A stretch of 64,000 bases of DNA from positions 22,878,001 through 22,942,000 of the forward strand of contig NC_059439.1 of NCBI RefSeq assembly GCF_021028975.2. Direction: 5' to 3'. Made by a program: the position numbers and the translations under genes. This DNA comes from Sphaerodactylus townsendi. Lineage: Eukaryota. The notes under the pieces are model-generated. The model did no database searches and was not told where the DNA came from. It saw only the letters and a program-made list of their open reading frames with translations. Below, in pieces: positions 1-11,331 of the stretch. The first letter of the stretch is position 1; every line of letters begins with the position of its first letter.

Positions 1-268
1 CTTTGGGGAAAATAGGGTTGGACACACCAAACATTTTTGGTCAATCTCACTCAACTCTCCTGTTCCTTACAATCTACTCTTCATCACAGCTTCCAGCCTA
101 ATTAACTTTTAACAGTGCATGTAGAAAAAAAGTAGAAGAAGAGTTTGGATTTACCATCACCTCAATAATGCAGAACATGGTGTGGAAACAGAGATAAGTG
201 TTAGAATCCATGACCTTACATTCTTCTCTACACCCACACATAATTTTGAAACTTTGAAAACACTATAC

Positions 269-359
<91 letters not shown>
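269..359. repeat. (ATG/TGA)n trinucleotide microsatellite, about 30 units
   Basis: Perfect tandem run; it explains the poly-Met ORF 271..483. Confidence 0.98.
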
Positions 360-362
<3 letters not shown>

Positions 363-364
363 TA

Positions 365-1461
365 GGCTGTTTTTACAAGACACAATTACACTGGGGTTGA
401 ACCAGGATCATATATACCTGGACTTTTTTATCCCAGGGTCTGTCTACACATGGCTCCCCGCTTCTGCACACAAGCAGAGTTAGGACCTGTAGGAAATGCT
501 CCAATTTGCTCCGCATGAGCCAGACTTCTGTATTTACTTCAGAAGCATGTCTGAGCATGCCCAGTGTCCCACGTTCTGATTGGCTGTTATTTTTGAGTGG
601 CAGCTGCAAGAACCTTTGGCTTGCCTGGCATCCTGCATTCTGATTGGCTGTTGTTTTTGATTTGCAGCTTGAATGAATATCAGATGAGGAGATCAGGTGC
701 CTGTGTGGGAAAAATAAACTTGGTCTCTCCCAATTGGTGTTTTTGTGTATGTGCTGTGGAAATGTAAGAAATTGATCTGTGTTTCTGATGGTTTAAAATA
801 AGATTTTGCTATCAGAGGGAAAGAATAGTGAACAGATCTGCTAATTGATTTAAAATAAAGCTTGTACTGAAGAAAATATACCAAATTATTGTTCTTATTG
901 GCTGTTGCTTTTGAGTTGAAGCAGTGAACACCTGTGAGCTTGTCTGGCATCCTGCATTCTGATTGGCTGTTGTTTTGAGTGGTAGCTTGAATGCACATCA
1001 GGTGGTGAGATCAGGTGGCTGGGTGGGAAAAATAAATTGGTCCTGCTTCTGATTGGTTTTTGAATGGTAGCAGGCACAAGCTGGGTCACACTGGGATTTT
1101 TTTTAAAAAAAAAAACCCTCCAAATTGGGGTGCTCTGTGGTCTCCGGGCTGTATGGCTGTGTTATAGCAGCATTTGGAGGATCATAGATGCAAGCCACAG
1201 ATGTAGGCGAAAAGTCAGGAGAGAATGCTGCTAGAACATGGCCATAAAGCTTGGAAACCCCAGTGATTCCGGCCATGAAAGCCTTCGACAATAAACCTCC
1301 AAACTGGAGATTTTTGAAAATCCTGGACTAAGGTAAATATTGGGGGGGGGGGCAACACTGGGGCAGACTCTGTGCAGTTTTGGGAGTCATGCAAAATTCC
1401 TGGCTGCACAAGGATATTTTCTGTGCTCATCCTGAGATACTTTGACCGTGCAAAAATGGCC
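365..1461. mobile_element. Probable old non-autonomous PIF/Harbinger-type DNA transposon (~1.1 kb) with internal duplicated blocks
   Basis: TTA|GGCTGTTTTTACAAG ... CGTGCAAAAATGGCC|TTA gives imperfect TIRs and a 3-bp TTA TSD; internal blocks ~620-740 and ~940-1060 repeat (ctggcatcctgcattctgattggctgttgtttt). Confidence 0.5.
1127..1293. mobile_element. Penelope-like element pseudo-LTR remnant, folded back as an inverted pair
   Basis: gggtgctctgtggtctccgggctgtatggctgtgttatagcagcatt followed by the opposite-strand aatgctgctagaacatggccata...aaagccttcgacaata; same repeat as at 2714-2840 and 3438-3532. The hammerhead CTGA core is missing here. Confidence 0.85.
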
Positions 1462-1748
1462 TTAGTTACAAGGCAAAAAGAAAGAAAGAAAATGTCTATA
1501 TTCTAATTTATTTTATACATATCTACACTGGATGATAAAACAATGCTAGAAAATGAAAATCACATCACAGCTACTGACAGGAAATGGAAAATTAACTCGG
1601 TGAACATAATGGCTTCACTTCGTGAAGTGCTCTAAAAGTCAGTTCATGCCAGTAACGTTTCACTCCAGCTCTGTCATTGAAACCTCATGTTCTTTACTTT
1701 AACAAATCATTTTTAATTCATCTTTTCCTCAGCAGATAAATCAAGGAG

Positions 1749-2690
1749 ATGGGAGGGAATATGCAAACAGGAGAAAATGGAACAAGAGTGGTGGAATTCA
1801 TCCTTCTTGGTTTTCCTGGGTCCCCATATTTGCATATATTCATCTTCACACTCTTTCTTATCATGTATCTCCTGACAATTTTGGGAAACATGTCCATCAT
1901 CATTCTAGTAACAACACAATGTCGTCTCCACTCTCCCATGTATTTCTTCCTCTGCAATCTCTCTTTCCTGGAGATATGGTACACCACTGCAATAATTCCA
2001 AAAACTCTGGGAATCATTACAGGGAGTAGCAGAAGCATCTCTTTAGCTGGTTGCAGTCTACAGATCTACTTCACTTTTTCCTTTGGATGCACAGAGTTTT
2101 TCCTGCTCACCGTCATGGCTTATGACCGATACTTGGCTATATGTTTTCCACTGCACTACAGCACTATCATGGACATTAGCCTTTCAAGCAAGTTGGCAGT
2201 TGGCTCTTGGCTGTGTGGTTTCCTTATTATTTCTATAATAGTAATTCTCATCTCAAGGCTTTCCTTTTGTGGACCCAATGTGATTAACCATTTCGTGTGC
2301 AACATTGATTCATGGATAATTCTGTCTTGCACAGATACCTATGAAGTTGAATTGGCAATGTTTATTATTTGTGTCTTTGTCATCTTGGGCTCCTTTTTGA
2401 TAACACTTCTTTCATACATATTCATAATCGGTACCATTCTACAAATGCCTTCTGCCAGAGGACAGCAGAAGGCCTTTTCTACATGTGCCTCTCACCTTGC
2501 TGTTGTTGGCATTTGGTATGGATCCACTATCTTTCTTTATGTTAAGCCATCTAAGGGGACGTCTTTGGAAAGTGCCAAAGTAGTGAACATTCTGAATACA
2601 ATTGTGACTCCACTACTGAATCCTTTTATCTACACACTGAGGAACAAAGAGGTTAAGGAGGCTGTGAAAAGTTTGTTGCACAAGGCATGA
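1749..2690 (+). CDS. Olfactory receptor, intact, 313 aa (class II, OR6-like)
   Basis: LHSPMYFFLCNLS, MAYDRYLAIC, KAFSTCASHL and [12 protein letters not shown] motifs; N-terminal NGT sequon; pyrimidine tract and AG acceptor just upstream (tcttttcctcagcag). Confidence 0.97.
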   Translation: MGGNMQTGENGTRVVEFILLGFPGSPYLHIFIFTLFLIMYLLTILGNMSIIILVTTQCRLHSPMYFFLCNLSFLEIWYTTAIIPKTLGIITGSSRSISLAGCSLQIYFTFSFGCTEFFLLTVMAYDRYLAICFPLHYSTIMDISLSSKLAVGSWLCGFLIISIIVILISRLSFCGPNVINHFVCNIDSWIILSCTDTYEVELAMFIICVFVILGSFLITLLSYIFIIGTILQMPSARGQQKAFSTCASHLAVVGIWYGSTIFLYVKPSKGTSLESAKVVNILNTIVTPLLNPFIYTLRNKEVKEAVKSLLHKA

Positions 2691-2794
2691 AAAAGAACAT
2701 GTTGTATAATGTATTGTCGAAGGCTTTCACTGCCGGAATCACTTGGGTGCTGTGTGGCTTCCGGGCTGTATGGCAGTGTTCTAGCAGCATTCTC

Positions 2795-2837
2795 TCCTGA
2801 CGTTTCGCCTGCATCTGTGGCTGGCATCTTCAGAGGA
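2795..2837 (-). ncRNA. Minimal hammerhead ribozyme motif in the Penelope pLTR (minus-strand copy)
   Basis: Minus strand reads TCCT-CTGAAGA-T-GCCAGCCACAGATGCAGGC-GAAA-CGTC-AGGA: stem I TCCT/AGGA, CUGANGA core, stem II GCC/GGC, GAAA and a GUC cleavage triplet. Minimal hammerheads are known in Penelope pLTRs. Confidence 0.75.
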
Positions 2838-3438
2838 TCTTCTGGTTAATGAGTGTCATGGTGTCTGCTATGGGGACCTTGGTGAATAGGGAAACCACAT
2901 CAAAGCTGATCAGTTTGTCATTGGGGTTGAGTTTGAGTTTGCTGATTTTTTCAATGAAGTGAGTTGAGTCCTTAATGTAATGTGTAGTAAGTCCAATATG
3001 GATTTGTAGTTGTGTGGCCAGAAACTTTGCCAAATCATATGTAGGAGATCCAATTGCACTCACAATAGGTCTGAGTGGAGTGGAGTCCTTGTGGATTTTT
3101 GGGAGTCCATACAGTCTAGGAGGGTGAGCTTCAGATTTGCAGAGATGTTGGCAAATGATTGGATCAAGTGAGGAGTTTTTAATCAAGGTGTTGGTTTTCC
3201 TGGTGATTTTGTTGGTTGGGTCCTGTTTTAACTTTTTTGTATGTTGTGGGGTCCAAAAGTTGTCTGATTTTTTCTTTGTATTGGTCTGTTTCCATGAAAA
3301 CCATGGCATTACCTTTATCTGCTGGTAGAATGATGATTTCTGAATCAGAATTGAGATCTTTGATGGCTTTTCTTTCTTTCCTTGTTATGTTACTGGAGGG
3401 AAGTTTTGCCTTTTTCAGTACCTCTGAAGTACCTCTGA

Positions 3439-3481
3439 TCCTCTGAAGATGCCAGCCACAGATGCAGGTGAAACGTCAGGA
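3439..3481 (+). ncRNA. Minimal hammerhead ribozyme motif in the Penelope pLTR (plus strand, sense to the OR)
   Basis: TCCT(3439-42) CTGAAGA(3443-49) T GCC...GGT GAAA(3470-73) CGTC AGGA(3478-81); the stem II closing pair is a G-U wobble. Confidence 0.72.
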
Positions 3482-4105
3482 GAGAATGCTGCTAGAACAC
3501 GGCCATACAGCCCGGAAACCACACAGCACCCAAAACATGTTGTATACTTTGCAGGAGGATAAAATATGCTTTGAAATCTATGGGAAGTGTGTGACTTTAG
3601 GCTGTAGACTCATTTTGAAGAGTGCTGAAAGTACGTTGAAATAATCCTTCAAAAACATGCAAAACTATGCAGAAAAAGGTAAAGGTCAGTGTTAGATCAA
3701 GATTAATAAAACATGGAGGCACAATGACGCCTAAAGGAGAGATTCAGAAGACGACCACAGTAGGCAGTCTTTCAGACATATTAACCGCAAACCATGCAGG
3801 GCTGAAACCATAAGCTTATGGCAGAGATATACGATATGACCGACATTGAGGGAGGACTTTTATAAAGAAAAACTTTATTACAACTTCTATTAAAATCAAC
3901 ACATGAATATAAAACCTATGAGTATATGACATTATTAGCTACCATATCACACTGAAAATGGTTCATCATTCTGGAGATCTTGCAAGATGTTAAAGTAAGC
4001 ACTTTTAGTTGAATCCATCCCTAAAGTTAATAATACATCTTTCATTTAAGAAAACACAAATCAGAAGATCTGCTGAACTTCACACACAATATCTACTGGA
4101 AAGCC

Positions 4106-4124
4106 TATATATATATATATATAT
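4106..4124. repeat. (TA)n microsatellite
   Basis: Direct observation. Confidence 0.9.
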
Positions 4125-4130
4125 AAAAGA

Positions 4131-6559
4131 CTAGCAGGCCCAGCCATGCATTGCGGTGGCAATTGTCCTTCTCATCACAGTCCACAACCCACACAGATGT
4201 CCATGAAGGTCCAATGATTCCCAGCATAGCCTTTTGGGGTGATCAAATGGAATTCCTCTTTCCCTTTTCAATGCACATTGTTATATGTTGCTGTCTTTTT
4301 TTTTAGTATAATGTAACCCTTCCCATTCCACAACGGAACTGTCCAGAGTGTGAATCCCGCTGTCCATGAGGCTGGTTGACATGCACAGTCCTGGCTTGGG
4401 TAAGGCAGAACTGGGGCAAGCAGGCTATCCCAGTCAGGCAGCAGAGCAGGGTGGTGAGGTGCTCAGATCGAGGCCAGCTCCCTGGGTTCGTAAAGGGCCA
4501 TGTGCAAAAGAAGCGGAGCAGGTAGTGTAGGTTCGCCCCCACCCCACGGATTTTCTTAGAAGAAAAAGGCAAACTCCAACTCACTTTTAGTAAAAGAGAG
4601 CTGCGGCGAATATGGGTGAGGAAGTGGGTAAGTGGTGGTTGGATGTGAGGGAGGGCAGAGTGAGGTGTGTGAGAATGAGCTGGATGTGTGTTGTGTGGTA
4701 GCAGTGGGTGAGGCACAGAGAGTGAACTCTACTTACTAGAGTTCTTTGAGGGTGTAAACAGGCATGTGGATAAGGGGGAACCAGTGGACATTGTCTACTT
4801 GGATTTCCAAAAGGCTTTTGACAAAGTTCCTCACCAGAGACTATTGAGAAAACTCACCAGAGACTCACCAGAGATTATTGAGAAAACTCAGCAATCAAGG
4901 AATAAGAGGGGAAGTCCTCCTATGGATTAAAAACTGGTTGAGAAGCAAAGAGTGGGTGTAAATGGGAAATTCTCACAATGGAGAGATGTAAGGAGTGGTG
5001 TCCCACAAGGATCCGTTTTGGGACCAGTGCTCTTTAACCTATTCATAAATGACCTGGAAGTAGGGGTGGGTAGCGTGGTGGCCAAGTTTGCAGATGATAC
5101 CAAATTATGTACGGTGGTGAGAACTGCAAAGGATTGCGAAGAGCTCCAAGCGGACCTTGATAAATTAGGTGAGTGGGCTAAGAAATGGCAAATGCAGTTC
5201 AATGTAGCAAAATGTAAAGTGATGCACATAGGGGCAAAACCGTAAACTTCACATACACACACTACAGGGGTCAGTGCTATCAGTTACAGAACAGGTAAGA
5301 GATTTGGGTGTCTTAGTTGATAGTTCCATGGGAATGTCAACTCCAATGCATGTGGCAGCTGTGAAAAAAAGGCAAACCTCTATGCTGGGGATAATTAGGA
5401 AAGGAATTGAGAATAAAACTGCAAAGATTGTCATGCCCTTATATAAAGCAGTGGTGCGACCGCACTTGGAGTACTGTGTTCAGTTCTGGTCACAACATCT
5501 CAGAAAGGATATTGAAGAGATAGAAAAAGTGCAGAGAAGGGCAACGAGGATGATTGAGGGACTGGAGCACCTTCCTTATGAGGAGAGGCTGCAGCGTTTG
5601 GGACCTCTTTAGTTCTGGAAGAGGAGAGACGTCTGTGGGGGATATGATTGAAGTCTATAAAATTATGCATGGGGTAGAAGGTAATGTTGACAGAGAGAAA
5701 TTTTTCTCTCTTTCTCACAAATACCTAGAACCAGGGTGTACATACATTGAAAAATGCTGGGGGGGGAAGAATCTAGGGACTAATAAAAGTGGAAACACTT
5801 TCGCACGCGAACGCGGTGGATTGGTGTTTGAAATATGCTGCCACAGGAGGTGGTGATGGCCACTAACCTGGATAGATTTAAAAGGGGCTTGGACAGATTT
5901 ATGGAGGAGAAGTCGTGATTTCCATGGCCGTACCAATCTTGGATCCCTTTGGATCTGCTGAGATTGCAAAATGCCTTAACAGTCCAGGTGATCGGGAGCA
6001 ACAGCCACAGAAGGCCATTGCTTTCACATCCTGCACGTGAGCTCCCAAAGGCACCTGGTGGGCCACTGGGAGTAGCAGAGAGCTGGACTAGATGGACTCT
6101 GGTCTGATCCAGCTGGCTTGTTCTTATGTTCTTATGTTCCTATGAAAGTTACCTGCGTGTCTGTGGGGGGGACCCAACCTGACGTCTCACACGGCAAAGT
6201 GTGTATGTGTTTCACTTCCACTCGTATTACCTAACAGTATTACCTATTTACTGTTTCCACTGCTCATCTCTGCCCACCTGCACGAACATTCCAAGCCCTC
6301 ATACCAAGCCCTCAGGCCACAGACAGACAGGCTGCACGAACATTCTAAGGGTGACAGTTAAACAGAGGCTTCATGGCCTGGTGTGCTAAGAAAAAGATGT
6401 TTTACCTGGCTCAGGAATGGACTTTCAGCGGTTTGAAGGTCCCAGTACCTGCCAGCAACAGGGTCAGACGTCCTGTGAAAATTTGGGGGCGATCCATCGA
6501 GCAGCTTCTGAGGGAGACCATCAGGGACAAACACACTGTTAGATTTATATATAGATAGA
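4131..6559 (-). mobile_element. Non-autonomous Helitron, interrupted by a CR1 LINE
   Basis: Minus strand starts TCTATCTATATATAAAT (6559) and ends with a GC-rich hairpin (GCCACCGCAATGCATGGC) about 12 nt before the CTAG terminus (4131); it sits between host A and T with no TSD. These are canonical Helitron termini. Confidence 0.8.
4727..6144 (+). mobile_element. CR1 LINE, 5'-truncated, RT region and 3' tail, nested in the Helitron
   Basis: YLDFQKAFDKVPH, SGVPQGSVLGPVLFNLFINDL, KFADDTKL, VRPHLEYCVQFW and EKVQRRATRM motifs; ends in the (TTCTTATG)n octamer tail; frameshifted. Confidence 0.95.
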
Positions 6560-7212
6560 TTATCTTATGTGGCCAGGTAATGCCAGGCTCTGCTCCAAGT
6601 TAAGACAGTATCATATGGTATTAGGATTAGGATCTGGAGACCCAGAATGTCCCTTCTGCCATGCAACTCACTGAATGACCAAGTCATTCTCTCTCTCTTA
6701 ACCTACTTGCCTCAAAACAATATTGTTTTGAGGTCAGAATGGAGAACAAGAATATGGTGACACATCAATGATGCATATTTGTTTTACACTACTTCAAAAT
6801 TTTTACACATGTTTGCCATTTTCTCCAGTGATTCCAAGACTACAGGTAGAGGATTTTTTTAGAATGCAAGAGAGGATTTCCATTAGACTGCTGGAGGGAC
6901 CTTTCATGGCTGAATTACCAGGTGGGAAATGTGACTGGGATTAAAGAATTACTGGGAGAAAATCCATATTGCTTCAAGAAGCTTTCTTTTTGAATAAGCC
7001 ATAAAGGCAGAGGTGTTTTTTTTTTTTTTTTGTGGCTCACCCCAGAATTAAGAAGCAACATTGGGACTGAATGATCTCCTCCATTTTATGCTCGCAGCAA
7101 TCCACTGAGGTAGTTTAGGCTGAGAGTCTGTGGCGAGTCCAAAGTCACCTAGCGAGCTTCCATGACAGAGTAGAGATTTGAACCAGGATTCCTCAGATCC
7201 AAGCCCAATATT

Positions 7213-7348
7213 GGCCCGCACATGCAAAATAATGCGTTTTTAAACCACTTTCACAACTGTTTGCAAGTGGATTTTGCCATTCCGCACAGCTTCAAAGAGC
7301 ACTGAAAGCAGTTTGAAAGTGCATTATTCTGCATGTGCGGAATGAGCC
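7213..7348. mobile_element. Harbinger-type MITE (AT-rich ~140-bp family)
   Basis: GGCCC(..)GCACATGCAAAATAATGC ... GCATTATTCTGCATGTGCGGAATGAGCC; TSD ATT/ATT. Confidence 0.88.
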
Positions 7349-7764
7349 ATTGTAACCTTCAGCGGGGATATTCAGATTCCTTTCATTTCTGGCCCTGGGT
7401 GATCCCATGATCCTTGTAAACTGGAATTTGAGATTTCTAGTTTTATTTTCTGGGGAGTTATGCCTGTCACAAATGAACACAACAATGGACATGTAAATAC
7501 TTTTATTTACCTTCACAGGCAACACCTGTGCTCACATATAGAAGTCACAGTAAGGTTTAAATGCAGTTTAAAAGACCCCATTCCTCATGGCAATCAGTTT
7601 AAAAAACTGAATTCCTATCTTTCATGTTGTCCTCAGAAAAACTGAGGCTCAGGTGTGCGGAACTGATATTAAAAATTAAATCCCAGCCAAAGTCTGTACA
7701 GTTTATGCAGATTTTAAATTTATACTTTTGCATAAAACCACATAACACATAATAAACTCTTGGT

Positions 7765-8799
7765 TCATCTCCAGTGCAAGCAATTTCTCAAGGCCTCCTT
7801 CACATCTTTGTTTCGTAGTGTGTAGATAAAAGGATTCAGCATTGGAGTCACAATAGTATTTAGGATGTTCACAGTTTTGGCTTCATCCTCTTGGAAAGGA
7901 TAATGTCCGCTAGAAGCTGGCGCTCTTTGACAAACCAGAAAGATGCAGTGGAGCCAATACCATATCATCCCACCAACCGCAAGGAGATGCTTAGAGAGCA
8001 TGTAGAGAAAGCCTTTTGCCTGTCCTTTGTGTAGAAGGGATGACGCAGAGATGCAGGAAATGAGTGTATATGTAGGAAAGAAAGGTTATCAAGCTAATGA
8101 GCCCAAGACTGACAAATGAAACGATATTCCACAAATACTGCCATCTCAAATGGCATAGGTATCAAAGTACAAGAGAGGGACTATCCAGCGAACTCCATAC
8201 TCGCAGTAAAAAAATGGTTAATCACATTGGAGCCCACAGGTGAGAGGATACAGTGCTTGTGGATGAGGAAAAAGCTGGTATGCGTAAATAATATGAATCC
8301 ACACAGCCAAGAGCTGGAGTGCCCAGTTTACCAGAGAGGCTAGAGGTCCATTATATGGTGCTGTAGTGCAGAGGGTAACATATGTGCACAACATCGTAGG
8401 TCATCTTAAGCCATAGCTGATAGCAGAAAATATTCTGTGCACCCAAAGGAGAACACAAAGTACATCTGTAGAATGCAGCCAGTGAAAGAGATGTCTCTGC
8501 TCCTCCCTAGGGGAATAATGTAGCCCAGGGGACTCTTTAGGAATAGAAGCTAAGTTGTGTACACCAAATCTCTCAAGAAAGAGAGATTGCAAAGGAAGAA
8601 AATACATGCAGGAATGTGGAGGCGCTGGTTTGGCTATCGCTAGAATAAAGATGGTCACATTTCCCAATACAGTCAGGATATACATAACTGAAAAGAGTGT
8701 GAAGATGAACAGTTGTAAATATTGAGACCCAGGGAAGCCAAGAAGGATAAAACTCAACACTCTTGTATCATTCTGTCTATGAGAGCTATGCTCCCTCAT
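7765..8799 (-). pseudogene. Olfactory receptor with many frameshifts, tandem paralog of the 13914-14855 OR (may be an intact gene in error-rich sequence)
   Basis: N-terminus MREHSSHRQNDTRVLSFILLGFPGSQYLQ and C-terminus [35 protein letters not shown] closely match the paralog; the interior has many 1-2 nt insertions (1035 vs 942 bp). Confidence 0.85.
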
Positions 8800-9143
8800 T
8801 TGTCCTTTTTTACCTGTGGCTGCAGTGGTAACAACAATGGATAACTGTATTAAGATACTGGCATTAATAAATCACGCCTGTATTTATGATACTAGAGGAA
8901 AGCATTATTTAACAAAACATACTCTTATAACCTCATGAACAGAGATGGTTTTAACCAAGTTAAAAACATGGGGTAAAGATGAAATGTGTTAGGTTAAGAG
9001 GATTTAACATCAAAACTGATCACCTGCTCATAGGAGATAAATTTCAGTGGATCACTGATAGACCAGGTGTATTGCGAGAGGATTCTTAGACTTGCTCTAA
9101 GTGTTCTTAATTCCTCATGTGAATGTTACTTCGGCCATTCTAT

Positions 9144-9765
9144 GGCCCGCTTCAATAGGGAGTGCATGGAGGCCCGTGGATTGGCAAAAAAACACTCATC
9201 CCCAGGCTGCCATTCGGGACAGGGGGGGCACAGGGCTGCTTCACAGCTCGCGAGACTGCCCCTCACGCTTCGCCCATCTCCAGCCCCAGCCGGCAAGGTT
9301 TCCACGAGTGCTTTGGAAGGCGCGACTTTGTTATGAAAACGCTGCTGGAAGCCGCTGCCTGCGTCTTAACGGGCTGGCGCCTGGCGGGCGCTTTCCCACA
9401 CTCCCTCCCCTGCGCCCACCTTGCATCTATGGCGGACATTCTCCGGTTCATACCGCCGAGGTTCCTGGGGACATGTTCTTCCGCCCCGCTCGGGCGACGC
9501 TGGAGCAGCGTATGCCAGGAGGTCAGGGAGCAGTGGTCCTCCAGGTCTTCCGGTGACGACGCTGCCGAGGTCTGCTCTGGAAATCGATGCCGGGTCGGTT
9601 CTGGCTTATTTATGGCGTCTGCAGCTGGCTATCCCGGTTTCTTTCTAGAGACAGTTCATGCTTAAGCGAAAGACGGTCCCAAGCGTTGCTGTAATCCTAA
9701 TAGTCGGCCTGCAATGAAATCGCTGGACTCCAGCCAGCTTCCACCTCCATGCTGGAAACGGCAGG
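9144..9765. mobile_element. GC-rich Harbinger-type MITE (degraded or error-rich copy)
   Basis: CpG-rich block absent from the paralog (cattctat|gttattt at ~15686-15700); begins TAT|GGCCC and ends near ...ATGCTGGAAACGGC, like the 32224 and 38777 elements. Confidence 0.7.
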
Positions 9766-10801
9766 CTCATGTTATTTTGACTGGCACCCGGGTTGTAAAA
9801 TGAACTCAAAATCTCTTCATGAACTGAGGTACGCTCCTGGAAAATTCCCCCATAAATTCCAGATGTTTTGTGAGGGCATTATATTTCTAGATGTGGACAC
9901 CTAGCTGTTAGATTCAAGTACAGTAAAACCCACAGAGATCAACTAGGTTTTCACAGAGATGCAAAGCTCCTTGCATTAGGTGTATCAGATACTCCTATCT
10001 GATACTCCCTTTAATATATGGTATCTCACAAACGGTGCTTTGACTCCTGAAACTGATAGCTTGAAAATCTTGTAGGTGTCTAAGCTACAACTGAACTCAA
10101 TTCTAGTTAAGTTCTTTGTTTCCAGCTGTAGCATGAACTTATATATCTCTTCATTAATTGAGGTAATCTTTTAAATAAAACTGACTGCAGCATGAATGGT
10201 AGCTCAAATCATAGCGCTTTAGCAGCTGGGGACAGTGTCTCTACCACACTGCCATGGCATCTCAAAAAGCAACAACAACCAAAAATCCCCCAGCCATATG
10301 GAAAGTTCTTCCTAGCCCAAAATAGAGTTACACTGCCCTTTTGGGTGACATAACTCCGAGATTTGTTCCATGGCATTCCTATCTCCAAAACCCATGTGGG
10401 AGCTGTCTAAACTTGGCTCCTTCCCAGGGACTGCCCCATTCCACCACCCCCTCACTCTGGCACCCACTTGGATGCCAGCCTAGTGGCATGGTTGTGACCA
10501 CTTCCAGGCTTTGCCACCACAGAGCTGTGGGGCACCTGGAAGCCAGCATCTTTGCCATCTTCAGCAGTAGGGATGCCATTTCCACTGGCAAAGAAGGCAA
10601 CGATACTGGCGTGGTGCTCCACCACTCCCAGAAGCTGTTTCACTTCCTCTCCCAGATCGGGCTGTAAGAGTTTTACATTCTATATATGCAGAGTTTTTCT
10701 TGATTCTTTCCCCCCTTATTTGTCAAAAAATAGAAATAGAATACTGACCTCCCCACGCTGTCTTGCAATTAAATTAAAATTAAAGTTAAACTTGTCGTCA
10801 C

Positions 10802-10951
10802 NNNNNNNNNNNNNNNNNNNNNNNNNNNNNNNNNNNNNNNNNNNNNNNNNNNNNNNNNNNNNNNNNNNNNNNNNNNNNNNNNNNNNNNNNNNNNNNNNNN
10901 NNNNNNNNNNNNNNNNNNNNNNNNNNNNNNNNNNNNNNNNNNNNNNNNNNN
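10802..10951. other. Assembly gap
   Basis: N run. Confidence 1.
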
Positions 10952-11042
10952 CTAATAGGCTTTAAAAAAACATGAAAAACAAAATGTGACATTTAGTCAG
11001 TTGGGGAAATGACTTAATTTATATGATGCTGGTTTACACTTA

Positions 11043-11160
11043 GACTCCTTCCACACATGCAGAATAATGCACTTTCAAACTGCTTTCAATGATTTTTGAA
11101 GCTGTGCGGAATAGCAAAATCCACTTGCAAACAGTTGTGAAAGTGGTTTGAAAAGGGGCC
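11043..11160. mobile_element. Harbinger-type MITE (AT-rich family, internally deleted)
   Basis: TTA|GACTCCTTCCACACATGCAGAATAATGC ... AAGGGGCC|TTA. Confidence 0.85.
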
Positions 11161-11163
11161 TTA

Positions 11164-11303
11164 GGCTGATTCCGCATGGGCCAAAAACAGTAGTGTGAAA
11201 ACGGAGTGAAAACAGTATAAACCCTCTTACACCGTTTTAAACCCTTTTATACCATTGTCACACTGTTTTCACACTGCTGTTTTTGGCCCATGTGGAATCA
11301 GCC
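11164..11303. mobile_element. Harbinger-type MITE (second family, nearly fully palindromic)
   Basis: TTA|GGCTGATTCCGCATGGGCCAAAAACAG ... CTGTTTTTGGCCCATGTGGAATCAGCC|TTA. Confidence 0.92.
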
Positions 11304-11331
11304 TTAGATTCTCAGAAATATTTTTATCAGA

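Larger units (their letters stand above)
2709..3533 (-). mobile_element. Penelope-like retroelement (truncated), with inverted pseudo-LTRs and an RT fragment
   Basis: ORF 2830..3309 (-) has PPRLYGLPKIHK...PLRPIVS...SFDVVSLFT, typical of Penelope-like RT; inverted repeats at ~2743-2840 and ~3437-3532; 13-bp TSD AACATGTTGTATA at 2696-2708 and 3534-3546. Confidence 0.93.

Noticed and set aside
271-483. Poly-methionine ORF
   Set aside because: Translation of an (ATG)n microsatellite.
1175-1225. Hammerhead ribozymes in the 1127 and 38419 Penelope fragments
   Set aside because: The CUGANGA core and the 5' strand of stem I are missing or mutated.
1718-2038. Antisense ORFs over OR and V2R exons (e.g. 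14512, 24418, 30343, 51904, 55895, 61133)
   Set aside because: Shadow frames of transmembrane-coding sequence with no independent evidence.
9067-9665. Overlapping Arg/Pro/Gly-rich ORFs (also at 16824-17528, 32078-32472 and 38773-39306)
   Set aside because: Stop-poor GC-rich MITE interiors bounded by TIRs and TSDs; no protein motifs.
10552-10992. ORFs spanning N runs (also at 37432-37920 and 56495-56786)
   Set aside because: Artefacts of assembly gaps.
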